Assembly (NCBI RefSeq): GCF_009914755.1
Contig: NC_060925.1
Length of the DNA stretch: 64,000 nt
Strand: one strand, 5' to 3'
Source of the DNA: the human T2T-CHM13v2.0 reference genome, Homo sapiens
How positions within the stretch are numbered: position 1 is the first letter of the stretch; the number at the start of each line of letters is the position of its first letter. Below the pieces are notes generated by a model, which had not been told where the DNA came from, did no database searches, and saw only the letters and a program-made list of their open reading frames with translations. Position numbers and translations under genes: made by a program. This document shows, piece by piece, positions 11,566 to 24,218 of this stretch.

Positions 11566-12319
11566 AGAAAAGTCATGTTTACAATTAGTGCCTGCCCTAG
11601 GCTACCCAACCATGTGGGTTGGGTGGATGAGGTCATGCATATTTCTGCTTTATTGATAAGGAAGAGCAGCTCTAGGGAGCTCAGGATTGACCTGTGGCCA
11701 CTTTGTTGGTTTGGGGTAGAGCCAGACCAGACAGACGTCGGGATTCTGTACTTCCTCACAAATGCTTTCTCGTCTGTATCCTCTTTCCCAAAACTTTTCT
11801 TTATTTTCCCTCCTTCCCTTCCCCTTCTGTCCTTTCCTCCCTCCTTTCAATTGCCTCAGGACTGGCGGGGAGGGGATGGAGTTGTTGAGAGAAAACTGTG
11901 AGTTTCTGTTTTTAAAGTTCAGAGTGTTAGGTTCCATAAATGCCAGGCCATGAGAGCATTCCTGGAGACGCCTTCAGAGAAAAAAAGAAATCACATCTGT
12001 TTTTGTCTGCCTTTATTCTTCATTCAACAGCAGGTTTTTTTAATTCCAAGGAGAAGGATGTCTGCCGTGTATTTCTGTTTCATGGTGAAAGCTCAGAAGT
12101 GGTCAAAGGAGACCTTTGTCCCGGCCGTGATCACCCTTGGCTCTTTGGTGGTGGTCCGAGGGCTCTGTAAGACCATATTAGCCAAGTCTTTAACCCCCGC
12201 TTGAAGTCTGTGGGGGCAAGGAACCCAGAACCCAGCCCAGCCAGATGTTCTGGCCCTTGTTCTCTGTCCCTTGCTAGCCCCTGCCTGGCTTGGCCCATTA
12301 TCTGCTCTGTGCTTTGCAG

Positions 12320-12462
12320 GAAGGAGGAGACAGTTACTGTCTATCCCGCAGACGTGGTGCTCTTTGAAGGGATCCTGGCCTTCTACTCCCAGGAGGTACG
12401 AGACCTGTTCCAGATGAAGCTTTTTGTGGATACAGATGCGGACACCCGGCTCTCACGCAGAG
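12320..12462 (+). CDS. UCK2: UCK2 exon 4 ([47 protein letters not shown])
   Basis: ttgcag acceptor, G|GTGCGT donor, 143 nt; contains the uridine kinase VLFEGIL motif. Confidence 0.98.
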
Positions 12463-14289
12463 GTGCGTTCTAAAAGCCTCAGGTGGCCCTGTTGGTGGCC
12501 ACCTTGAGGGCGGGGGAGCTGGGAGCCTGTGACAGGACCCCACCCGCCTGAGTCTGAAGCCCATGCCTTCCCTGAGGCAGCTGTGTGTCGCATGGTCCAG
12601 CCCGGCTGCGTCAGTCCAGCCCCAGGATATCCTGCTGCCCAGACACTTGGTAACATTTGAGAAGGGATTAGTCACTTACTGTTTGGGATAACGAAAGGCT
12701 TGTGAGGTCACAGAGACTAAATAAGACACTGACATCTGGTTTTGCCTGGAAAAGTTTGATTAAATGCTTAGTTCCTTGCAATTTGTTTATAAGACATCAA
12801 AATGAAGATGCTCTGATTTGGGGAACTAACTGTAGGACCCCCGAGGATAGGATCCCCTGTGCCTGAAGTACTGGGCAGCTCATCCTGTTAGCCTGCTTCT
12901 CTAGCCCTTTATTTTCCAGCAGGCTTTATGGAGGCATTATCACTCTTTCCAGTCAGCTCAGGAGGGAAGTCAGCTGTGCCCTCCGCAGGCCCTACTAAGT
13001 GTGGGCCTGCCTGTGCTAAGTCCCTGTGCTTGTGTGCTGAAGGCACAGCAGTGCCCCTTGGTAGAGGAGCCCAGCCTGTGAACTGAGCTCTACAGGGTAT
13101 TCAGCAGAGAGTTCGCTTCCACCAGGAGAGATTGGGAGGCTTCATGGAGGAAGAAGGGTTGGGACTTGGATGTGGTGGGGTAGGGTGACGCTATAGGCAA
13201 CCCATGAAGGTGCACGGCAGAGATGTACAGACAGTGGCTTGTTCCGAGAGTGGCAGGAACCTGGAGTGTACAGAGGGTTGTACGAAGAGACACTACAAAG
13301 TAGGTTGGGGTCTGGTTTTAGAGACTGAGATCTCTAGTCTGGTTCTCGGTGGGCAAGGGAGAGCCACTGTGAGGTTCTGAGCGAGGCAAGTGAAGTGGCC
13401 ACTGTTCTGTGTTGGACACTGGTTCTGACAAAGGAAATGTAAGTGAAGCCTGTAGCTGGAGCAGCTCTTTGGAGACTGCTCTGCTGATCTAGACGAGAGG
13501 CAGGGCTGTGGTCCTTAGATGGGTGGGAGAGGGAGCAGAGTTGAGATGAGAAGAGTATTAGCAGAGTTAGAATCGACCAGGACCCAGCAAGGGCAGTGGG
13601 TGGAGGCGACTGAATAGAGGAATGAAAGGTGAGAAGGTTTGAGTCTCCGTTGTGTGACAGAGGCAGGGAGACACAGGAAATGACGAGGTTAGCTCCTAGT
13701 CACAGGACACATTATTGACAGTTTCAGATATTATAAGCTGTATCCCAGGGCCCTCTGACTTCAAAGTCTGGGTAATTTTCTTTTTTCGGTTCATGAAACA
13801 GATCTGTAGTTTATCCCATTTAGCACCGTAATTGTAAGAACTATTCATGAGACCAGTAGAACCTACAGAAACAAGTCCTGAGCTTTGCCCTTCTAAGTAG
13901 TAATAGATACATATGCTATTAAGTCAGTGGGAGCTACATCTTGCTCCCAGGTGCGGTGAGGGACAGTTAGTTTTGTGTGATGGAAAAAAGAATGGAATGG
14001 GAGGAGACTTTTAGTTCTAGCAGAGCCCTTCCCAGCTAGCTTTGTGACTAGGCTCTTGCGACACCCCGGCTTGGGTTTCTTTATGGATAATACAGGGGAG
14101 ACAGGCCTGCTTTTAGTGTCACGACTCTGGCTGGGTAAGAGTTGCATGGTCATTTTGGATAGATAATTGAACCCTGAGCCTGACAACCCCTCATGCTTCT
14201 GCCCCAGGGCCTGGCTTGTCACCTTAATCCACAAACTCCGGCCCTGCTTTGGTTGATCTGCTCAGTGTCCATGTCAGCTTGTCAAATTA

Positions 14290-14530
14290 GAGAGGCAGTG
14301 TGATACACAGGGACAGATAAATTTTAGAGTCCAGTGAATTGGGCTGAGATCCTGGTTTTACCACTTACTAGATGTGTGGCAAATTGTGCAAATTGACAAA
14401 TTGTGTTTTAACTTTTTTGTATCTCATTTTCCTATTAGAATGTGGTCTTATGATTGGTACTTCTGGGATAGTTGTGAAGATGAGAGGTAGTGCAGGTAAA
14501 ATGCCTGGTGGTGCATTAGTCAATAAATAT
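14290..14530 (+). mobile_element. MIR SINE
   Basis: gagaggcagtgtg...gggctgagatcctgg...ccacttactagatgtgtg...tctcattttcct...gtcaataaatat. Confidence 0.6.
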
Positions 14531-16399
14531 CTATGTGGCAGATCAGAAATCTGCTTCTGCTGAAGGGGTCGGTGCTGTTCGTTTTCTGAATTTTCTGACA
14601 AGACTGGTTAGGTCCTCCAAGGGGATCTGCTCCGGTCATGTCCTCAGGAGCTAGTGATGCCCGGACTGATGCCATCACTAGTCCAGCAGTGGTACTCAGT
14701 CTCAGGGATGCAGTGCTGCCGAGGGAGGCCTCGCAGCAGGGAGTGCAGGAACCAGCACAGGAGATTAGAACCAAGTTTTGAGCAGCAGCAAGACGCTGGA
14801 AATAAAGTGCATCCTAGTGTCTAATTCAAACAGATCATCACGGTGTGGTTTCAACAGAACATTTTCCCTTCCTTTCTTGCATGGGATTCTTATGTGAAAT
14901 AGGAGCAATTCCTACAATGGTGCTGGCCCTCTGGGGGTTTCTTAGGGCCAGCTCTGCCTCTCCGCCTTCTCTGAACAGGCTGCCTGGGCAGGGCTCTGCT
15001 TTCTCATTTCAGATCTGCTAACTTCACATGTCACCTACTGCCGAGTCACTTTCCTGATGGACTCATGGGACTTTTCTGCATGCTATTTCTACAAATTCAT
15101 TCTCTCTCCACGTAGGACAAAAAACATGCTTGGCATGTGCTTTGTGGAGTGCGGGGGTGCTGGGGTAGGGAGGCTGGTTAGTCAGAAGCAGCTGTTGAGT
15201 GAGCTTGAACATTCCTGGAGACTTGAGTTAGCTCCATGATTTTACCCATCTGTCACACCCTCCTGGGCATGTGACCTCCAGATTCTGAGTTGACCCTCAT
15301 GTGGGAGAGAGATCTGTGTTTGAGTGAAGCAGCCCTGGAAACTACCTCCTTCCTGATGGAAACCCTTGATCTTCTCGGGATTGGTTTCTAGCCTCATTTG
15401 CCTTCATATTCCCTCTGTGCTCTTTACCACCACCCAGCTCTGAATACGGGGACAGGGAGGAGGTGGGGCAGGGAGATTCAGGATGGCTGACCCCTCATCT
15501 TCCTCATCCATCATTCTCTGGTTCTCATAGAATTAGGGCTGCACTGGGCCTTGGGGGATTCAGCCCATTCTTTTACTATAGAGTAGCACATTTCCTCATC
15601 AGATTTTTAAAGTGATTGACTTCACCATTGAGGAATTATCTTTATTTTGGGTCCCTCTAAGTTTCTTTCTTGGCTTTTGGCTAACCAGAAAGAGCAAGTC
15701 TGGGTTTGGAAGGGCTGACGTGGAAGCCCAGCAGGGAATGTGGGCAGACTTGTAGCTTCCTGCCCTGTACCCTGTCCTCTGAAAAGGCCTGTCCTGGCCC
15801 AGCAAATGTGCTGGGGTCAGAGCAGTGATGGAGGGGCTGGTTTTGAGCCCCTGGGGTTTCCAGGTTGTGCCAAGACCTTGTTTGGACTCAGTCCTTGGCG
15901 CGGCCCTGTTTCCTGACTCTGCCTGAGGAGAAGGGCCTTTCAGTGCAGGGAACTGGCTGGCCCTCTGTTGTCCTTGGCTCAGGGAGGCACAGTCTGCCTG
16001 AGGTGATAGTTCTATCGGAGGTTCTTGGGGAGCAGAGGTGGGCAAGGCCTTATGATGTTGCATGTTCCCAGTGTCTGGGCAACATTCTGACCCATTCCCC
16101 ATTTGCTTTTCCAGCGTGGAAGCTGTAGTGGGACTATTCCCTATCTTCCTTGCTTTTTTTCCTTCCTCACGTATGTTGTCCTATGTGCTTGTGTCCTGCT
16201 CTCCCTTCCCGCGTGGCAACCTGCCTTTCCAGCTGCCCTGCGGGACTCCTTTTTCCCTTTGCTGCCCCCGCTCAGCTGGGTCTGACCTGCTTACCTGAAT
16301 TCGAGGTTCCCGCGCTCCCACGGCGTTGAGCTGCTCTGTCAGGGAGGCACTGCCCTCCCAACGCGTCCTCAGGTTCTGTTGTGGTCGTAATCATCATAG

Positions 16400-16615
16400 A
16401 ACACATGCTTATTGAACATGTGCTAAGGTGCCAGCTATGGTGCTGAAGAGTTTTATGCACATCTCTGTATTCCTGAATAGTAACTGTATGAGGAAGGTAC
16501 CATTATTGTCCCTGTTTTATAGTTAAGGAACTTAAGATTCAAAGAGGTTAAAGTCACTTGTCGAAGTTCACAGAGGTAGGAGTTATTGGGGTCAGGATTC
16601 AGGTCCAGGGCAGTT
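16400..16615 (-). mobile_element. MIR SINE
   Basis: ttattgaacatgtgctaaggtgccag...attattgtccctgttttatagttaaggaact...agaggttaaagtcacttgtc. Confidence 0.75.
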
Positions 16616-16830
16616 TTCCCCCCAGAGCCCATAGAGGTAGAACAAGAAGCAGCTTTTGGGCTACAGAGCAGCTTCACTGTGATTTACCTCCTCCTCCTAC
16701 TTTCTGCACGACCAGTTTCCTCTCTCCAGTGACAAAACAGCTGAAGCCACCAGATCTACAGAAGGAAGGGGGCTGAAGGCCCAGGCTGAGGGCAGTTAGG
16801 AGGACTACGTGACAGGGTGTGGACGTGCAC

Positions 16831-16896
16831 TGTGTGTGCGTGCGTGCGTTTGTGTGCATGTGTGTTTGTGTGTGTGCACGTGTGTGTGTGTGTGTG
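16831..16896. repeat. Imperfect (TG)n / (TGCG)n microsatellite
   Basis: tgtgtgtgcgtgcgtgcgtttgtgtgcatgtgtgtttgtg... Confidence 0.85.
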
Positions 16897-17971
16897 CTGG
16901 GAGAAGGACAAAGCTTCCTCCAGTGCTAAAGCCTTCAGCAATTGTATGAAAAGCATGTGTTGCAAAACAATCCAGCATCAGGCGTTTGCAGGGCTTTAAG
17001 TAAAAGCTGCCCAAGCACGGGTGTGTTTGTTTTTTCCCTAGCTCTGATACCCTTTTGATCTGGTTTCCTTTTTTCTTTGGGCTTTATCTGGAGACGTGTG
17101 AAGAATTGGAGGCCGCGCTGGCTGTGTGTTTTGGCGGTGCTACTCTGGTTAGCCATGTGTGCCGGAGCTCTGGGGACTTCTGGGGGGTGAGCCACGTGGC
17201 AGCTCCTTAGGGCTCCTTCTTAGCGAGTCTCCCAGCAGATCTGCCAGAGCAGCAGGTCGGCAGCAGGAGCCCAGGTCCAGCGTTGCAGGGGTGGGGAAAA
17301 CCATTTCCTGGCTGGAGAAGGCTGCTGCTGGGCTGGGTGGGCAAGTCCTGACACATTAGCGATCAGCCAACTGTTTTATTACCAGGTCTCCCATGGAGAA
17401 AACACTTCGTAAATCAAGGAGCTGTTACAAAAGTCGAATGGCAGCATCATTAGTGCCCGGCTTTCTGGAAATGTGGATTTCCTGACAGTTTTCTCACCTT
17501 CTCATCTTATAGATTTCCTGTCAGCCTGGATCATAGCCATGACAGCCTCCCTGTTCCCTGTCCTCTCTGTGCATGCACCTGTGCATGTGTGTATAAAGAC
17601 AGAATTATTTAGACAAATGGCTTTCAGAAGTTCCGTCACAGATATACCCCATGTTCGTTTACAGTGAGTTTCACCCAACATTTGAGTCTATTTACTGAGA
17701 AATGGTTGGGAAGGAGCTGAAGAGCCACTGCAAATGATTGTAGATGGATGTGGTAACTTTTTGGGGTGAAAGATTTAGCAGCTCAGATGATAAGGTTAGA
17801 TTAAGATAGCATTTAAAATGACATCTGCAAAGAGAGGCAGTTTTAATTAAGAGAATCTACTTCCAAACTCCCTACTCATGGGGAAACTAAGGCTCATGTA
17901 CAGCGGCAGAATGAGGGTGATCAGTCTTCTTTCTATTTATTGACAGAAGACTCTATTTAATAAAGAGTGTA

Positions 17972-18580
<609 letters not shown>

Positions 18581-19308
18581 GAATGGTAAAAGCCCCTGAA
18601 TAAAACTGACCGGGGGAAGAAGGTAGAAGACAGAAGATGGTGAGTTTGTTGTCAATTTGGGCTTCATCTCAGCCCCAGCCCACCATTCTCTAGGCCATGG
18701 TTTTCTTATCTTTCACTGAGTGATTTTTTTTTTTTTTTTTTTTTTTGGCAAACCTCTGTGCATGAGGTAGGTGGAAATGGTTAACCATGGCTGGGTCCTC
18801 AGCCTGGCCTGGGCTCCATGCTGCAGAGGGGGCATGGGTGGGAGCTGGGAGCAGTGAGCTGATGCCTGATCAGTGGGTCGCTGGACTTCTGAACGCAGGT
18901 AAGTGCATGCAAGGAGGCAGCGTGCAGCCCAGCCCTCTCGGGGCCCAGATTGCTTCTTGTTAACAGTGAGCTCTCCAGGAGTGCCCTGCTTTTTTAAAAA
19001 ATTCACACTGAAATTTTGTTTGGAGCAAATGTTGCTTGAAACAAGAAGGCTGTTGGCCTCCATGGACAGCCTTTTGTTTCAAAGAGCATTGTGTCATTGC
19101 CAAGTTTGACCATTGTAAGATGTCAGAATGTAACTTGTCTTTTCCGAAGCCGCTGCTGATCTGCTCTTGGTCAAGCCTCTCAGGATTCCAGCTTGAGAAT
19201 CATCTAGAGTAATTGTGGAGCCTGTGGGAGCTAGGTCCACCCCATGAAGGGCGGGTGTGTGCTGGCTCCTACACCGTTTTTTGATTCTTGTTTTCCCTTC
19301 TCTTACAG

Positions 19309-19406
19309 TATTAAGGGACATCAGCGAGAGAGGCAGGGATCTTGAGCAGATTTTATCTCAGTACATTACGTTCGTCAAGCCTGCCTTTGAGGAATTCTGC
19401 TTGCCA
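19309..19406 (+). CDS. UCK2: UCK2 exon 5 ([33 protein letters not shown])
   Basis: tcttacag acceptor, CCA|GTGAGT donor, 98 nt. Confidence 0.98.
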
Positions 19407-21314
19407 GTGAGTTGTGTTCTTGGTTTGTTTTTGTTGAATGTAGAATTTAAAATTTGATGATATAAACGAAGGTGTGCAAGTTTGTGGAGCTCCCCTGCCT
19501 GAATCTCACTCCTCTCTCTGAGTGATCCTCTGTCCTGAAGTCCTAAGAGAGGGCAGCCCTTGGTCCTTGTGTCCTCTGTGTTCTCCAGGAGCCCTGTCCT
19601 GCTGTTCTTTCTTTGGGTAGCCCTGTAGGGTCCTGCCAGTCCTTAGGCAGGTCATTTAATTCCCAGCTAGTTCTAGGTTTCTTGCTTGGTGGGGTCATGG
19701 TGTGAGACCGTTTACTGAGGGTGTATCATATCCAAGGAGAGTCCTCAGCCATTTGGATCTCTGAAGGGTCTGCAATGGGTGACGTATGGATGCAATGGGT
19801 GCTGTGCCCCGAGATGTTCCCCTCTGAGCCTCTCCTGCCATCACCACTGAGCCCTGCTTTGAGCTTGTCTTTAGCTCCCATTTGGAGACTGTCATGCCTT
19901 ACTGGAATAAGCTTCCTTCCCTTCACCCTTGCAGACTCACCAGTCCTTCCTGTGGCAGCTAGGAATTCTCTAGTGAGGTGGCTTTCAGAGAAGGAAGAAC
20001 ACAGAGAGTTGGCCCTCAGCCCAGGAAAGACAGGAAGGGGCATGTTGAGGGAAGGCTACCAGAGACAAGAGGTGTGGTGTGCTGGGGCTGCAGAAGGAGA
20101 AGTATTTAACTCAGGAGAATCCTACTGAGTCAATGAGTCTTCTCCAGCTTGGCCAAACCATGGTCTGGCTCCTGAATTATTTATAGTTAAGCTCTGAGAC
20201 CGGGAGGAAGGGAAGGAAGAGCTTGGGACTTAACCTGGTCTTGGTTGAGATACACTGGGAAGGCTGGAATCTCTGAAGACATTGAAGATTTAGAGTAAGG
20301 CTGGGTATTGGAATTTCCCTATTTATTCTAACAATAAACTTCATTCTTTTTCTTCTGGGAAAATATCTCAAACTGTCTTTGTTTCTTTAAGGATGTTACT
20401 AGCTTTTACAGCAACCCATACTTGACTTTGGTTTAAATGCGGGACAGGTGGACTTTTTGAGCCAACTGAGTAACATTGATGCCCTATCCATTGCCCTGGA
20501 GACTATTGGGTTACAAGAGTAGGTTACTGGAAAGAGACCAGAGGGGGCTGAGGAGCTGTGAACTTCTTTCCACCCAGTTATCTATCTGAGGACCTCTCCT
20601 GTTATTTTTGACTTAATAAGAACACAAAATGAATTTATTATTGGATATCAGTCATATTTAACTGTCAGTTTTCTACGTTTAACTTAGTTGTAACAAAGCT
20701 AAAAATTCTGCAGACGTTTTCTGGGTTATTTCTGCTTGCTTCCACTGTCCAGCCACTCTTTGCTCAGGGAAGATCAGCTCATTCCCCTGTAAGCCAGGAA
20801 CTTGGACCTGATAAATGTCTGCTCAGTTCAAGTTGGGTTTGGGGCTGACACCGTTGCCTTTCAGCAATCCTAGGGCAGAGGCTGCACAGAGTAAGATGCC
20901 CACATGCTTGAGGTGTGGTTTATGTGTTCTTATGCTAGACTTAGTTTGTATGCCAGGATGCAGTTACTTGTAGAATGGTCTACAAAATCTCAGTAAATTT
21001 GGACCAACAAAAAAGAAAAAGAAAAAAGAAATATGCCTCTTTGTGGCCTGACTTTCTTTCTTTAAAAATTGGGTAATAATAGAACCTATGAACTGGTCAT
21101 CAGTGAAGAATACTTTTTCTGGTTTTACCCTGTGCTAGGAGTGAACAGTGTCATGTTTCAGACTATGTGTAAAAGTCCAAGGTGAACCAGTCCCCTGGAA
21201 AGTTTGGGTTTTTCTAGTTCATATTTGTCCTAGTGGAATAGAGGCAATTAAGTGTTTGGCTTCAAAGACCATGTTCTCTGCATAGGTCATAAGCTGAAAC
21301 AGTGTTCAGCATTA

Positions 21315-21620
<306 letters not shown>

Positions 21621-22047
21621 GAGAGAGTGAGAGAGAATTTGAATAAAAGCTAAATTCTTGTAATGTAGATAAAGTGGATAAAAATCCATGGTAGATAGTT
21701 ATCAATCGAATTATGAACTGGTTTTGGATTAACCACTCAGTCTGGACCATTTTCCCTCACTGATACATGAAAGTCTTCAATCCTTCTTTCTCATTTTCCT
21801 CATTCCCTGCTTATCTTCTTTCATTCACATTTCAGCTAAACAAGGCACTTCCTTAGGTTTCCCCAAATTTCTATTAATAGATGCATTCACTGTGAAGTTG
21901 TAAACAATATTATATTTGAAGCCTTAAAAGGTGCTCTTCTGGGCTCGCTAGTATGAATGCTGCCCTTTCCCCATATTCCCTTGGAGAGGGTCTCGGGCCA
22001 GTTGTCTCTTAACTGTATTAATGCATATTAACTGTCTTTCTCCACAG

Positions 22048-22096
22048 ACAAAGAAGTATGCTGATGTGATCATCCCTAGAGGTGCAGATAATCTGG
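22048..22096 (+). CDS. UCK2: UCK2 exon 6 (TKKYADVIIPRGADNL)
   Basis: tctccacag acceptor, G|GTGAGT donor, 49 nt. Confidence 0.98.
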
Positions 22097-22501
22097 GTGA
22101 GTCCCTGCAGAGTGTCATCCTGGAGTATAATGTCTGCCCTTTGTCAGTCATAATTTGGGGCAGGATGTGGTGACCCTACAGGGCTCTGCAGACATGGCTG
22201 CCCTGCTTGTCTGTGATTGTGAGCCAGCAGAACCTTTCCACCTACACGTCTGGCCTCAGGAACAGGTCCCTGGGTGTAGGCACCCATGTGTTACGGGGAC
22301 AGACATGCACTTGTGCTTCTCTGGCAGAATAGAGGGCTGTAGATTACCTTTTACTATCACTTCCCAATGATGACACTTGGGTACTTTGCTTCTGAGGCCA
22401 CCTTTTAGCAAAAGCAGATTCCCTCCTTGATCTAATTTAGAATGACCTGCCATCACGGTAGCCCTTTCTAAAGGGAGCTGGTTGCTACCATTATTGTACT
22501 T

Positions 22502-22794
22502 ATTTTTCATTTTATTTTATTTTACTTTAGAGACGAGGTCTTGCTCTGTCACCAAGATGGAAGTGCAGTAGCACAGTCACAGCTCATTTGCAGCCTCCAA
22601 TTCCTGGGCCCAGCCTCCCGGTAGCTGGGACTACAGGCTTGCACCACCACGGTCCACTAATTTTAAAAAAGTGTTTTTGTAGAGATGGTTTCATTATGTT
22701 GCCTAAGCTGGTCTAAAACTCCTACCTCAAGCGACCCTTCCATCTCAGCCTCCCAAAGTGTTAGGATTACAGGCGTGAGCCATAGCACCTGGCC
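22502..22794 (-). mobile_element. Alu (AluJ-like), antisense
   Basis: AT-rich tail then gagacgaggtcttgctctgtcacc...ggattacaggcgtgagccatagcacctggcc. Confidence 0.88.
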
Positions 22795-23810
22795 CCATTG
22801 TTTTATTTATTTTTTTGGCCTGTCTAGGAAGTATGAATGTCTCTGGACTAGGCGTAGTGTGGCAGAGTTGATCTGTAAAATAGGACCTGGTTTCTTCATT
22901 CTCTTTAGAATTTATTTAATTTTCCCTCCATTTAAAAAGATTATTTCTTGAGCTGTTTGGGAGTAAGTTATAGCAATAAATATTTAACCCTGTATTTTTT
23001 AAGAACAAAGGCATTCTTATTCATCAGCAGAATGCAGTCATTAAATTCAAGACATTTACCATTGATATGACCTCTTTTAACCTGGAGATGTTCCCTATCT
23101 TTTGTTTTTTAAGACATTTTTGAGGCGTACAGGCCCATTGTTTGGTAGAATGGTCCTCAATTTGGGTTTGTCTTTTATTTTCTTATGATTGGTTTCATGA
23201 GCTTATACAGTCTGAAGGAATTATCCCAGGAGAGATGTGGCGTGGTCCTCTTTGTGTATCACATCAGAAAGCATTTGATGTGTATTCCATTTTTGGTGAT
23301 GTTAAATTGACCTCTTGGTTGAGGTATATAATTTATTTCTAATGCTAATAAAAGATAGCTCTCTGCATTATATTTTTTGGAGGGAAAGAGGGCCTTCCAT
23401 AGGGATGCTCTGTCTTAGGATGGAAAACTGGAAGGTTCCCTGGTGGAAAGGTCTCATAGCTAATTGATGTGTCAGAACCATGGCTGGTTACCACGTCTGC
23501 AGACTTTGGCCCGAGTGCTTCATCCAGTGGTGACTGATCATCTCCTGATAAGAAGCCCATTCATTAAGGGCTTACTCTGTGGTAGGCATTGTCTATCTTA
23601 CTCCTTAGAGCCCTCCTGTGAAGGAGGAGGATCATATTAGCTCAGGCAGAGCCACTGGGAAGTTGGATGACTTGCCTGCAAGTGGCAGAGCCACTTCCCT
23701 GGAAGTCTTTCTACTGTGGTTCCTGCATGCCCTTCCCCCAGACAGACTCCCACACTCACCCCTGCACCCATGCCTGCACCCGTAACGCTCTGCTGGTCTC
23801 TGCCCCACAG

Positions 23811-23950
23811 TGGCCATCAACCTCATCGTGCAGCACATCCAGGACATCCTGAATGGAGGGCCCTCCAAACGGCAGACCAATGGCTGTCTCAACGGCTACA
23901 CCCCTTCACGCAAGAGGCAGGCATCGGAGTCCAGCAGCAGGCCGCATTGA
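23811..23950 (+). CDS. UCK2: UCK2 exon 7 coding part ([46 protein letters not shown])
   Basis: ccccacag acceptor; TGA at 23948-23950; exons 2-7 total 687 nt, giving the known 261-aa protein with a 99-nt exon 1 coding part outside the window. Confidence 0.98.
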
Positions 23951-24047
23951 CCCGTCTCCATCGGACCCCAGCCCCTATCTCCAAGAGACAGAGGAGGGGT
24001 CAGGAGGCACTGCTCATCTGTACATACTGTTTCCTATGACATTACTG

Positions 24048-24103
24048 TATTTAAGAAAACACCATGGAGATGAAATGCCTTTGATTTTTTTTTTCTTTTT
24101 GTA
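24048..24103 (+). ncRNA. MIR3658: Annotated microRNA precursor miR-3658 (weak hairpin, doubtful as a true miRNA)
   Basis: tatttaagaaaacaccatggagatgaaatgcctttgatttt...tttttgta matches my recollection of hsa-mir-3658 within the UCK2 3' UTR. Confidence 0.65.
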
Positions 24104-24208
24104 CTTTGGAACGACAAAATGAAACAGAACTTGACCCTGAGCTTAAATAACAAAACTGTGCCAACTACTACTGGTGATGCCTAATTATGAATCCAACGTG
24201 TAACCAGT

Positions 24209-24218
24209 TATAAATACA
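24209..24218 (+). terminator. Candidate proximal poly(A) signal (overlapping TATAAA/AATACA variants)
   Basis: ttataaataca with several upstream TGTA and downstream tttttgtgt. Confidence 0.45.

Larger units (their letters stand above)
16190..17300. promoter_or_regulatory. CpG-enriched intronic region with clustered ACGTG/E-box motifs (candidate enhancer or internal/antisense promoter)
   Basis: Local CpG excess; tacgtg 16806, gacgtg 16822, cacgtg 16877, gacgtg 17093, palindromic gccacgtggc 17191-17200. Confidence 0.4.

Noticed and set aside
15448-15473. Canonical G-quadruplex pattern (similar ones near 42332 and 46276)
   Set aside because: Such motifs are common and nothing here points to function; the 46276 one lies in an L1-like remnant
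15599-16102. 167-aa minus-strand ORF, the longest in the track
   Set aside because: No recognisable domain; length is within chance expectation for GC-rich intronic DNA
23948-23954. TGA-C stop context as a read-through signal
   Set aside because: Context is TGA CCCG, not the TGA CTAG motif linked to efficient read-through
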